64,000 bases of DNA from positions 76,801 through 140,800 of the forward strand of contig MGTT01000015.1 in the NCBI GenBank assembly GCA_001799575.1. The letters run 5' to 3'. Shown piece after piece: positions 1 to 8,833 of the stretch. Origin of the DNA: Elusimicrobia bacterium GWA2_56_46 (lineage in GTDB: Bacteria; Elusimicrobiota; Elusimicrobia; Elusimicrobiales; UBA9959). The notes under the pieces are model-generated. The model did not search any database and was not told the origin of the DNA. It was given only the letters and a program-made list of their open reading frames with translations. A program made the translations under genes and the position numbers. Within the stretch, counting starts at the first letter, position 1; each line of letters starts with the position of its first letter.

Positions 1-1
1 C

Positions 2-382
2 AAAGCCGCCGACGCGCACGATTTCATAACCGCCATGCCGCTGGGCTACGAAACCATCCTGGGCGAGCGGGGCATAAAACTTTCCGGCGGCCAGCGGCAG
101 CGCCTGGCCATAGCCCGCGCCATCATCAAGAAGCCGAAGATCCTGCTTCTGGACGAAGCCACCTCCAATCTGGACACCGCAAGCGAGCAGGCCGTGCAGG
201 CCGCAATAGAAAAAATCCTGGGCGGCCGCACCGTGGTGATGGTGGCCCACCGCCTTTCCACCGTTAAGAACGCGGACAGGATCTTCGTGCTGAAAAAGGG
301 CGAACTCGCGGAAACCGGCACGCACGACCAGCTTCTGGCCAAAGGCGGACTCTACAAGGGCCTGTATGAGGCCCAAAGCTAA
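2..382 (+). CDS. ABC transporter ATP-binding domain, C-terminal end (MsbA/lipid-exporter-like); 5' part lies outside the window
   Basis: Frame open to window edge; ABC signature LSGGQRQR, Walker [11 protein letters not shown]-loop VAHRLST. Confidence 0.85.
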   Translation, partial: KAADAHDFITAMPLGYETILGERGIKLSGGQRQRLAIARAIIKKPKILLLDEATSNLDTASEQAVQAAIEKILGGRTVVMVAHRLSTVKNADRIFVLKKGELAETGTHDQLLAKGGLYKGLYEAQS

Positions 383-1825
383 ATGGAATTAAACGACCTT
401 CTTAAAAAGTTCAGGGAATATTCCTCCGAGGACACCACCAAGCTGGAGTACGCCTGGCAATTCTCCCGCGACGCTCACACCGACCAGAAGCGCGCCTCCG
501 GCGAGGTTTACTTCAGCCACTGCGAAGCCGTGGCCGAGATCCTGGTGGACTTCAAAATGGATCTGGAAACCATCGCCGCCGGCCTGCTGCACGACGTGCT
601 GGAAGATACCACTGTCCCCCGGGACACTTTCAGCAAAGAATTCGGCGAGGAGATCTATACGCTGGTCATGGGCGTGACCAAGATAGAAACCCTGAAATTC
701 TCCTCACGCGACGAGGCGCAGGCCGAAAACTGGCGCAAAATGATCCTGGCCACGGCCAAGGATATCCGCGTCATCGTTATAAAACTGGCCGACCGCCTGC
801 ACAACATGCGCACGCTGAATTTCCTGACCAGGGAAAAACAACTGGAAATAAGCCATGAAACCCTCTCCCTCTACGCCCCGCTGGCGCAGCGCCTGGGGAT
901 CTTCCATCTGAAATCGGAACTGGAAGATCTTTCGTTCAAATACCTCCATCCCGACGAATACCGGAGCCTCCTGGCGAAAGTCCAGGTCCGCTTCGCCATG
1001 CGGGAGAAGCTGCTGGAAGAGTTCAAGAGCGGGGTGGAAAAACATCTGGGCCCCACCCAGATCCCCCACCGGGTCGTCTCGCGGGCCAAAAATCTCTATT
1101 CCATCTACCGTAAAATGGAAAAGCAGGGCCTGCCATTCGAGGACATCCAGGACGCTCTGGGTATCCGCATCATCACCGACACCGTTATTAACTGCTACGC
1201 GCTGCTGGGCACGGTTCACTCTATCTTCAAGCCCGTCATCGGTTCCTTTACCGACTACATCGCCGTTCCCAAGATGAACCTTTACCAGAGCCTCCATACC
1301 AGCGTCATGGCGCCCTCCGGAGAGATAATCGAGATCCAGATCCGCACGGAGGAAATGCACCGCACCTCCGAATACGGCATCGCGGCGCACTGGCGCTACA
1401 AGCTGGGCGAGCAGGGCGCCGACCGCCATCTGGACGAAAAGCTGAACTGGCTGCGCCAGTGGATGGAGTGGCTTCAGGATCTTTCAAGCCCGCGGGAATT
1501 CATTGAAAGTTTCAAAACCGACCTGGAACTGGATCAGATCTTTATCTTTACTCCGAAAGGGGACGTCAAATCGCTGCCGGTCGGAGCCACGCCCATAGAT
1601 TTCGCCTACGCCATCCACTCCGGCGTCGGGGACGCCTGCATCGGCGCCAGGGTCAACAATAAAATGGCGCGTCTTAACGACGAACTTAAAAGCGGGGATA
1701 TCTGCGAGATCATCACCCGCAGGAATTCCGCCCCCAAGAACGACTGGCTCACCATCGTAAAGACGGCCGGCGCGCGCTCCCACATCCGCAAATACCTGAG
1801 GGAGCACGGAAAGCTGCAAGATTAA
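383..1825 (+). CDS. rel: (p)ppGpp synthetase/hydrolase, RelA/SpoT (Rel) family, short form ending after the TGS domain
   Basis: HD hydrolase motifs (HDVLEDT, RLHNMRTL), synthetase core (YQSLHT, EIQIRT), TGS domain (FTPKGDVKSLPVGATPIDFAYAIH); ATG directly abuts upstream TAA. Confidence 0.9.
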   Translation: MELNDLLKKFREYSSEDTTKLEYAWQFSRDAHTDQKRASGEVYFSHCEAVAEILVDFKMDLETIAAGLLHDVLEDTTVPRDTFSKEFGEEIYTLVMGVTKIETLKFSSRDEAQAENWRKMILATAKDIRVIVIKLADRLHNMRTLNFLTREKQLEISHETLSLYAPLAQRLGIFHLKSELEDLSFKYLHPDEYRSLLAKVQVRFAMREKLLEEFKSGVEKHLGPTQIPHRVVSRAKNLYSIYRKMEKQGLPFEDIQDALGIRIITDTVINCYALLGTVHSIFKPVIGSFTDYIAVPKMNLYQSLHTSVMAPSGEIIEIQIRTEEMHRTSEYGIAAHWRYKLGEQGADRHLDEKLNWLRQWMEWLQDLSSPREFIESFKTDLELDQIFIFTPKGDVKSLPVGATPIDFAYAIHSGVGDACIGARVNNKMARLNDELKSGDICEIITRRNSAPKNDWLTIVKTAGARSHIRKYLREHGKLQD

Positions 1826-1838
1826 AATAGTTGTTTTC

Positions 1839-2213
1839 ATGAACTTTACGGAATTTTCGGAAATTACTCAGCAGAAAGTGGACGCCCTCAAGGCGCGTAT
1901 CGCGCGGCTGGGGATAGATCTGCGGCTTATAGAGGAGCAATTCGTAAAGGGCGGCGGGAAGGGCGGACAGAAGATAAACAAGACGGCCAACTCGGTGCTG
2001 CTGAAATATCCGCCGCTCTCGCTTATCGTGCGCTGCCAGCGCGAACGGAAGCGTTCGCTGAACCGTTTCATAGCCCTGAGAGAACTGGTTGACGAAATAG
2101 AACTAAAAATCTCCCCAGAAACCTCCGAAAAGCTGAAAGAGATCTCCCGCCTAAGAAAACGCAAATCCAACCACCGTCGGAAGAACCGGATAAGAGCTAG
2201 GGGACGTTGTTGA
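1839..2213 (+). CDS. RF-1 (peptidyl-tRNA hydrolase) domain protein, ArfB/ICT1-like ribosome-rescue candidate
   Basis: GGQ motif (GGGKGGQKINKT) followed by strongly basic C-terminal tail (RKRKSNHRRKNRIRARGR). Confidence 0.65.
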   Translation: MNFTEFSEITQQKVDALKARIARLGIDLRLIEEQFVKGGGKGGQKINKTANSVLLKYPPLSLIVRCQRERKRSLNRFIALRELVDEIELKISPETSEKLKEISRLRKRKSNHRRKNRIRARGRC

Positions 2214-2312
2214 CTTGTTGACTAACCTGAACCGCGAACGCTTATAGGGTACATTTTTAAATATGCCCTTTGCTAGCCAAAGCCCATTAGCCGGCGTTTC
2301 ATTATTTCGGAT

Positions 2313-4151
2313 TTACTTGTAGAACCTTTTGGCTTCTTTCTGGAAGTCTACCAGGTAGGGGGTGTAGGGGGCTATGGCGTTTTTGGCGGAAACCTTTTTA
2401 TAACCGGGATCGTAAAGCGTGACGCCGCCCTTGTACGCCTCCAGCGGCAGCACAAGAGCGTAATCATTCCTGATAAGCGCCGAAGTGTCCCAGGAAAAAA
2501 CCGGCAGGAACGGCCTTACTGTCCTGTCAAAAAGATCCTGCCCGCTGGAATAATCGGACGGCGGATTTTTTACGCCTAAGAGTTTCATCAGCGTGGGAAC
2601 AATGTCCATATGGCTGGTCGGAGCCCGCACCACCGCCGGCGCGCGGCCGGGCAAATAGAACACCAGCGGCACCCTCACCTCTTCGGCGCTGTACGCGCGG
2701 TTATGCCCCTGATAACCTTTCTCAAAAAACGCCTCGCCGTGATCCCCCATGACCAGCACCGCCGTGTCCTTTAAACCGCCTCCGCGCTCCAAAGTTTTAA
2801 GGATCTCCCCCACCAGCGAATCCTCGTAAAGAATCGAGTTTTTGTACTTATTGAAAAGCGGCAGGATGTTTTCCCTGCTGAGGTTCAGGTAGTTCACGGA
2901 GTTGGACGCGGGTTTAAACTTGTCGAATCCGGAGGAGGGATAATCATAGCTGCCGTGCGAAGCGTCGTAAAAAATAAAGGCGAAATAAGGTCTGTCCCCT
3001 TTCCGATCCCTTACGAACTCCAGGAATTTGCCGTTTATCTCGCGATCCATCGCCTCCTGAGTCCCGCTCTCCGGCCGGTCGTAGATGTTTTCCCGCGGCA
3101 CGTTCACGAAACAGGTCTTGTTGAATTCCGGGAAACTGAGTTCGGCGCTGGCAAAAAGACGGATGTCGTAACCCTCGTCTTTCAGGACGTCCAGCAGCGC
3201 CGGACTTCTGCGCTCGCCCAGCATCGAAAACCAGTAGTTGCCGTATAACCCGTAAAGAATGGAAAAGATGCCGAACCTGGTGCAGTTGCCGCCGCTGTAA
3301 TGCCCGTCAAATCGGTGCGCTTTTTTTGAAAGAGCCCATAAATTCGGCGTAACATCCTTGTTCATGACGTCGTAGCGGAAAGAGTCCACGACCACGATCA
3401 GGAGATTCAGCGGTTTTTTTGGAGAAACGATCTCCAGCGGATGTTTGGGATAGTCCAGTTTGGAGTATTCCTTGCTTACCTGAACCGTCACTTTATCATC
3501 CAGTTTCACGCCCAGATATTTATTGGCGAAAGTCCGTATCCTGAGCGGCTGGTATAAAGGGAACAGCTTCGCGTTATCGGTGATGTATACGTTGTCGTAC
3601 AGCGTACCCCAGGCGAAGAGCCCTTTATCCAGAACCGTAAGAAAAAGGAAACCGGCCAGCAGAAGCTTCCACTTGCGGGACAGCAGGCCGGCAAAACCTT
3701 TTTTTCCGGCGGCGGACCTGACGGCCGCCCGGTAAAGCCATATTTCCAGCGCCAGCAGCGCCGCCGCTATCGCAAAAAACAATATCTCCGTTCCCACGCC
3801 CTGATCCAGCGATTTAATCCCCCCCGGAGTAAACAGAATGTTCAGAACCATCGAGTTGATGTGAAACCGGAAGATCTTGTAAATGGCCACATCCAGCACC
3901 AGCGCCAGCTGCAGAAAGGCGAAAACCGGCGCGAAAACCGCCAGGCCGGCCCGCGCGAAATAAAGGACGAGGGCCGGGAGCAGCAGAGCGGCGTAGATCA
4001 TGAAAGTGTTTGAGAGATAGGCCGTTATGGAAAACGCGATCTCCGCCGGATGGGCGCCGACGAACAGGAAATATCCCAGACCTATGACCAGCGATGTCAG
4101 GAAATTCAGGCCCCAAAAGGCCGCCAGGGAAAGAAAGCCGTGTTTTTTCAT
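2313..4151 (-). CDS. polytopic membrane protein with sulfatase/alkaline-phosphatase-superfamily domain (YejM/LapC-like architecture)
   Basis: Hydrophobic N-terminal ~190 aa, then sulfatase-type motifs (VVVDSFRYD, MGDHGEAF). Confidence 0.7.
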   Translation of the reverse strand: MKKHGFLSLAAFWGLNFLTSLVIGLGYFLFVGAHPAEIAFSITAYLSNTFMIYAALLLPALVLYFARAGLAVFAPVFAFLQLALVLDVAIYKIFRFHINSMVLNILFTPGGIKSLDQGVGTEILFFAIAAALLALEIWLYRAAVRSAAGKKGFAGLLSRKWKLLLAGFLFLTVLDKGLFAWGTLYDNVYITDNAKLFPLYQPLRIRTFANKYLGVKLDDKVTVQVSKEYSKLDYPKHPLEIVSPKKPLNLLIVVVDSFRYDVMNKDVTPNLWALSKKAHRFDGHYSGGNCTRFGIFSILYGLYGNYWFSMLGERRSPALLDVLKDEGYDIRLFASAELSFPEFNKTCFVNVPRENIYDRPESGTQEAMDREINGKFLEFVRDRKGDRPYFAFIFYDASHGSYDYPSSGFDKFKPASNSVNYLNLSRENILPLFNKYKNSILYEDSLVGEILKTLERGGGLKDTAVLVMGDHGEAFFEKGYQGHNRAYSAEEVRVPLVFYLPGRAPAVVRAPTSHMDIVPTLMKLLGVKNPPSDYSSGQDLFDRTVRPFLPVFSWDTSALIRNDYALVLPLEAYKGGVTLYDPGYKKVSAKNAIAPYTPYLVDFQKEAKRFYK

Positions 4152-4246
4152 GATGCTAAAACCGCGACATACAATTATACTATGAAAACCGGCGCGCTTT
4201 TTACTCCAGGGCCGCTGCGCGTCTAAATTGCTATCATATACCGGTC

Positions 4247-5272
4247 ATGGACATAAAAAAAATAGCCGCCTGGCTTGAGGAAACCGGCCAGCCTAAATTC
4301 CGCCTCAGGCAGATAACCGACGCCGTCTATAAGCGGGGCGCGGCGTCTTTTGAAGAGATCACCGCGCTTCCGGAGCCGCTCCGTAACGCGCTGAAAGAAA
4401 AATTCAGGGTACTGTCCATAGAACCGGAAACGATACTTGAATCCAGGACCGGAAACGCGGTTAAAGGTTTATTCCGTCTGAAAGACAAGCACAAGATGGA
4501 ATCCGTCCTCCTGAACCTCTTTCCCGGCAAGTGGAGCGTATGCGTCTCCACCCAGGTGGGCTGTCCCGTACAGTGCGTGTTCTGCGCGACCGGCCGCAGG
4601 GGGCTCCAGCGCAATCTCTCGCCGGACGAGATCGTTTCCCAGTACGTATTCTGGGCCAATTATCTGAAAATTTACCGCCCGGGCGAAAAGATAGGCGGCC
4701 TGGTCTACATGGGCATGGGCGAGCCGTTCCTGAATTATGAATCCACGGCTGAAAGCCTTAGGACGCTGACCGACCCCGGGTTCATCGGCCTGGGCGACAG
4801 GCATATCTCGGTTTCCACCGTAGGCCACGTCCCCGGCATAAGGCGCTTTGCCAAGGATTTCCCGCAGATCAACCTGGCCGTCTCCCTCCACGCGGTGGAG
4901 GATGAACTGAGGTCGCGGCTGGTACCTTTGAACGATAAATATCCCCTGGCCCAGATCTCGAAAGCGCTACAGGACTACATCTACGCCACCAAGCGGAAAG
5001 TTTTTATCGAATATGTAATGCTGGGAGGGGTAAACGATTCGCAGTCTGCGGCCAGGCGGCTCAGCGAATGGCTTAGAGGAGTGGCCGCGCCGAAAAGCTT
5101 CACCGTGAACCTCATCCCCTATAACTCCACCGCCCACGATTTCAAGTCTCCGGGAAAGGAGCGCGTGGAGGCTTTCTCCAGCCTGCTGCTGACCCTGAAT
5201 ATTTCCTGCACGGTCCGCAAAAGCCTGGGAGCGGACATCATAGGCGCCTGCGGCCAGCTCGCCGGCAAATGA
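4247..5272 (+). CDS. rlmN: radical-SAM 23S rRNA/tRNA adenine-C2 methyltransferase RlmN
   Basis: GCPVQCVFCATG radical-SAM cluster motif, GMGEP, C-terminal GACGQL. Confidence 0.92.
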   Translation: MDIKKIAAWLEETGQPKFRLRQITDAVYKRGAASFEEITALPEPLRNALKEKFRVLSIEPETILESRTGNAVKGLFRLKDKHKMESVLLNLFPGKWSVCVSTQVGCPVQCVFCATGRRGLQRNLSPDEIVSQYVFWANYLKIYRPGEKIGGLVYMGMGEPFLNYESTAESLRTLTDPGFIGLGDRHISVSTVGHVPGIRRFAKDFPQINLAVSLHAVEDELRSRLVPLNDKYPLAQISKALQDYIYATKRKVFIEYVMLGGVNDSQSAARRLSEWLRGVAAPKSFTVNLIPYNSTAHDFKSPGKERVEAFSSLLLTLNISCTVRKSLGADIIGACGQLAGK

Positions 5273-5294
5273 TGGCCTGGGCCTAAATTGGGCC

Positions 5295-5323
5295 TTGACA
5301 AGTCAAGGTGAGTGTGCTACACT
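5295..5323 (+). promoter_or_regulatory. near-consensus sigma70-type promoter with extended -10
   Basis: TTGACA (5295-5300), 17-nt spacer, TACACT (5318-5323) preceded by TG (gtgTGcTACACT); almost the same string recurs at 43869-43896. Confidence 0.55.
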
Positions 5324-5329
5324 CACTAT

Positions 5330-5608
5330 GCAGTGATGATCTCTATATCGGTTGCGTCGGTCCGGCGGCCTTTCGGCCCCGGTGTCGGTTCAGCGGGTGT
5401 TGAGCACCCCCGACGCGTGTGACCCGGTTTCGCGCCTTGCCCCCTCTAGGGCGGCGCACCCGGGCGGGTGGTTCGGCCGCCGTGTCCGCGCTTGAAGCGC
5501 GCGCCGGCCGCAGGATTCCACCCCTTACTGGCGAGCCGTGCCGCCTGGCGGCCCGGCGAGAAGACTGGTGACGAGCCCCTGCCCCGCGGCGGGGGCTCTC
5601 ACTTTTTT
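5330..5608 (+). ncRNA. ~275-nt GC-rich structured RNA of unknown family
   Basis: Bounded by the promoter above and an intrinsic terminator. Contains nested helices (GCGTCGG/CCGACGC, GGGTG-ttgag-CACCC, GCGCC..GGCGC, GGGTGG..CCACCC). Only a low-complexity antisense ORF overlaps it. Confidence 0.45.
5573..5608 (+). terminator. intrinsic terminator
   Basis: GAGCCCC (5573-5579) pairs with GGGGCTC (5592-5598), then T6 (5603-5608); no T-run on the opposite strand. Confidence 0.7.
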
Positions 5609-5910
5609 GGGGGAACGGGAGAGCCGCGATCCGGCTGAAAAATATCAGGAGCCCCGGCTTTAAGCGGAATAAACAGGCCATCCATCATCCGGCATGCGGC
5701 CACGACAGGGCGGATGTCCCCGCTGATGCGCGTGAATTTTATCAATTTATCCAATGGGATCATCTCCGGCCTTTCAGGATCCGCCCAGGCATACAGCACG
5801 GCCAGATCAACCCCGAGCATTTCGGCCATCGTATGGGGCAGGATGCCGGCAGGCCGGCCGAGCAGCGCCTTTCTGAAAATCAATTTAAAATTTTCCAGCC
5901 ACCTTCCCAT
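5599..5910 (-). CDS. phage 186 CII-like (Phage_CP76-type) HTH regulator
   Basis: By-eye resemblance to 186 CII: HTH (MAEMLGVDLAVLYAW), then DPERPEMIPLDKL and DIRPVVAACRMMDGLFIPL segments; start moved to MGRW behind a GAGGGGG SD. Confidence 0.55.
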   Translation of the reverse strand: MGRWLENFKLIFRKALLGRPAGILPHTMAEMLGVDLAVLYAWADPERPEMIPLDKLIKFTRISGDIRPVVAACRMMDGLFIPLKAGAPDIFQPDRGSPVPPKK

Positions 5911-6178
5911 AATACCCCCTCGCCGCACTTGTTTTGTCTTCCTTTTGTGAATATAATATTGTACCGGCTGAAAACGGGGGTGGGAGAACGCCCAGGTCAG
6001 GAAGGAACGCCCTCCCACCCGCAAACATAAAGCAAAGCAGAGAGATCTGCCGCGCGGCCTGATTGGCGTGTTGAATTTCCCCGGGAGTATTCCTTCCTTA
6101 CGGCATTGTTTAATATAGTTTAAACAAATTCGCGCAAGTTGTCAAGGGTTTTTTCACCCATGATTTACGGATCTCCTT

Positions 6179-6745
6179 ATGGTATTAAAGGAACTGCTGG
6201 CAAGATGGAATAAGGGTATTTTGCGGGGCGCTCAGAGAAAGTTCGCCGCCGCGATAGGCGTCAAAGAGGCTACTGTCTCGCACTGGGCCAAAGGCGATTT
6301 CACTCCGGACGAAAATCTGCGCGCGAAAATAGCCTCCGAACTGGGCGTCACCCCGGAAGAACTGATGCGGTGTTTTAAATCTAAAAACCGGCACTCGTAT
6401 TCCGGGGAGGCCGGGGCCGAATGGCGCGCGCAAAACCAGAGCATTCCGGTCATCGGCGCGATAACAGGCGGGGCATTCAGTTTCCGGCCGGACGCGACCC
6501 CGGAAGAAATGTTGCCGCTGGCATACAACACCGCGCAGAAAGTGATAGCTTTAAAAATAACCGGAGAAACCCTCATCCCGGCCGCCAAAGGCATGGACTA
6601 CGCGGTTATAAGCATGCAGAACTACGCTGAAAGCGGACAGCTGGCGCTTACGCCTAAAGACGGGAAGCACATATTGAAATACCTTTCCAAAAAAGACGCC
6701 GCGGAGATCATCGGCGTAGTCAGATATTTCTTCAAAAAACCCTGA
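6179..6745 (+). CDS. CI/LexA-like repressor: XRE-type HTH plus S24 peptidase-like C-terminal domain (catalytic Ser apparently replaced)
   Basis: N-terminal HTH (QRKFAAAIGVKEATVSHWAKG); C-terminal LKITGETLIP...ILKYL aligns by eye with the GxSM...KRL pattern of LexA/CI. Confidence 0.7.
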   Translation: MVLKELLARWNKGILRGAQRKFAAAIGVKEATVSHWAKGDFTPDENLRAKIASELGVTPEELMRCFKSKNRHSYSGEAGAEWRAQNQSIPVIGAITGGAFSFRPDATPEEMLPLAYNTAQKVIALKITGETLIPAAKGMDYAVISMQNYAESGQLALTPKDGKHILKYLSKKDAAEIIGVVRYFFKKP

Positions 6746-7775
6746 CGCGCGCCGGAGCAACAAGCAGTCCGCGGTCCAGCAAATACTCCGCTATCTCCAC
6801 CGAATTAAGAGCCGCGCCTTTATACAGGTTATCGGACACTATCCAGAGCTGAAATTCTTTCGGCGAGGTCTCAGCCGCCCTCAGACGCCCTGCTTTCACC
6901 CCGGAAGTTTTCACGACGTCAAGCGGGGTGGGGTATTTATACGGGTTCCCGAAGAATTGAAGACCCGGGGTCGCGGCAAGCGCTGCGCGCAGGGAGGCCA
7001 GCGTCCAGGGCCTGGACGTCCTGGCCCAGACGCTCAGCGAATGCCCCCTCAGGACGGGCACCCGGACAGCCGTCGAACTGATCCTGAGACCGGGCGAAGT
7101 CCAGATCTTTTTGAGTTCCGCCGAAACCTTGGCTTCTTCCACGCTGGTCCCGTTCCCGTCGAAGCCGCCGACCTGAGGGAACAGGTTGAAAGCGATGGCG
7201 CGCGGGAACTTGCGCCCCTTGAGCTCCGGTACGCGGCCATGCTTGAAATAATACAGGAGTTCCGCCTCAAGCTGTTTCAGGGCGCCTTTCCCGGCGCCGG
7301 AAACCGCCTGGTAGGTGGCGATCCTTAATTCCAGTATTTTAAATTTTTTATGAATCCCGTGAAGGGCCACGGCGGCCCCGGTCAGAGTGCAGTTGGGGCC
7401 GGCTATAAGCCTCCCGCCGGATTCCAGCGCGGCGGCGTTTACTTCCGGAATGACCAGCGGCACGTTCTTGTCCAGGCGGAAGCGGGAGGAATCGTCTATG
7501 CACCACACGCCGGAGCCGGCAAGTTTTTTAGCGAACCTGCCGGACACCTCGTCGGTGGAGACGAAAAAAACAAGATCCGCTTTTTTAAGTTCGGAGAAAA
7601 CCGGCTTCCGGCAAAGGTGTTTTTTGCCCTTAAAGGCCACAAAAGCGGCTGTCCGGCCGGAATTGAACGGCAGAAATCTGCCCACGGGAAATTTGCGCGC
7701 CTCAAGCAAGCCCAGCAGTTCCCCGCCCACCAGACCGGAAGCGCCCACGACGGCGACATCAATTTTTTTGGACAT
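6732..7775 (-). CDS. asd: aspartate-semialdehyde dehydrogenase
   Basis: VAVVGASGLVGGE NAD-binding fold, GPNCT active-site Cys, YQAVSGAG. Confidence 0.9.
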   Translation of the reverse strand: MSKKIDVAVVGASGLVGGELLGLLEARKFPVGRFLPFNSGRTAAFVAFKGKKHLCRKPVFSELKKADLVFFVSTDEVSGRFAKKLAGSGVWCIDDSSRFRLDKNVPLVIPEVNAAALESGGRLIAGPNCTLTGAAVALHGIHKKFKILELRIATYQAVSGAGKGALKQLEAELLYYFKHGRVPELKGRKFPRAIAFNLFPQVGGFDGNGTSVEEAKVSAELKKIWTSPGLRISSTAVRVPVLRGHSLSVWARTSRPWTLASLRAALAATPGLQFFGNPYKYPTPLDVVKTSGVKAGRLRAAETSPKEFQLWIVSDNLYKGAALNSVEIAEYLLDRGLLVAPARVRVF

Positions 7776-7795
7776 ATTTAAATTGTCACTCGTCT

Positions 7796-8833
7796 TTATT
7801 CCCCTTTCTGCGCCGGGGGTATCGCTATTTCTTTGGAGTAGCCGGTGTTCTCAAGGCCGTCAACGGCCGCGGCACGCAGGTAGAACAGATCCTTTGAAAG
7901 ATTTTCCCGCTTCAGGGAACAGGAGTAGGGCGGGCGGAACATATAGCGCCCGACCCGGGACCACTCGAATTTGTCATACGACATCTCCACCCAGGCCGCG
8001 CGGATATCCTCCCCTATGGCGGAAAAGAACACCACTATCTTTTCTGCGTCCACCTCTCCCATAAAACCCTTGATAAAAACTTTATAGTCGTTCGGCGGCA
8101 CCAGTTTGAAAGCAAGAGCTGGCTTGAGGCCCGAAATGGGCGTCTCCAGCACGCCGTCTCCCGACGGAGGGTTGCCGCGTATTGAACGGTTGAGCCAGAC
8201 ATTCTCTTCTTCATCGTCGGAAAGCGCCGCCGCCACGATCGGGGAACTTGAACTCGCAGTGAAGAAGCGGGAGACCGACCAGAGGGCCAGATAATTGGGC
8301 TTTTCACTGGAGATACGGGAGAGCGGGACCTCGGCCCAGAACCACTGGGCTGAATCCACCCCCTCCAGGGAATCGTTTGACAAAGGCTCAAGCGGCAGAT
8401 CCGCCGCGTCCGCCAGAAAATACATATTATCCGAGGTGAAACTGGGTTCCTGGCTGACCGCCATGTAGATCTTGCCCGGAACAGGCGTCTTGTCCCAGCC
8501 CTGCGGCCAAGACTTTATCTTGGCCCGGCCCAGCTTGGCTCCGAGATAGGCCTTGGCATACGCTCCGGCGGGCACCGGCGGAAGCTTGACTATCCAGGAA
8601 TTGTTGTACCCCACATACCAGTCGGCGTTGAAACCGCCGTTGGCGTACATATAAAAGCGGCCGAGATCCCCGGCAAGGGAAAGGTAGGCCGGAACCGGAG
8701 ATCTGGAGGCGTAGGCCGTCCCTTTCTCCCCCCCCGCGGCGGCGGGCTTGTCGGCCTCGGCGGGGAGGGCTGGCGCGGGCTGCGCGGCGGCCGGGCCGCC
8801 CAGCAGGAACAGCAGCGCTAAAAGTATTTTCAT
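7796..8833 (-). CDS. secreted hypothetical protein
   Basis: Signal peptide MKILLALLFLLGGPAAAQ; long ORF that overlaps the parB stop by 4 nt; no recognisable domain. Confidence 0.55.
   Translation of the reverse strand: MKILLALLFLLGGPAAAQPAPALPAEADKPAAAGGEKGTAYASRSPVPAYLSLAGDLGRFYMYANGGFNADWYVGYNNSWIVKLPPVPAGAYAKAYLGAKLGRAKIKSWPQGWDKTPVPGKIYMAVSQEPSFTSDNMYFLADAADLPLEPLSNDSLEGVDSAQWFWAEVPLSRISSEKPNYLALWSVSRFFTASSSSPIVAAALSDDEEENVWLNRSIRGNPPSGDGVLETPISGLKPALAFKLVPPNDYKVFIKGFMGEVDAEKIVVFFSAIGEDIRAAWVEMSYDKFEWSRVGRYMFRPPYSCSLKRENLSKDLFYLRAAAVDGLENTGYSKEIAIPPAQKGE

Noticed and set aside
2223-2231. Solo MITE terminus (TAACCTGAA) downstream of the RF-1-domain gene
   Set aside because: It is only a 9-nt match. 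About one such match is expected by chance on both strands of 64 kb, and no adjacent repeat-internal sequence is present.
5330-5608. Calling the 275-nt RNA RNase P RNA, tmRNA, SRP RNA or a riboswitch
   Set aside because: The hallmark strings I know are absent: GGAAAGUCCGG for RNase P, a tRNA-like GGUUCGAAUCC..CCA end for tmRNA, GGAAGCAGC for SRP, and B12/TPP/SAM cores. It ends in a terminator with no downstream same-strand gene.
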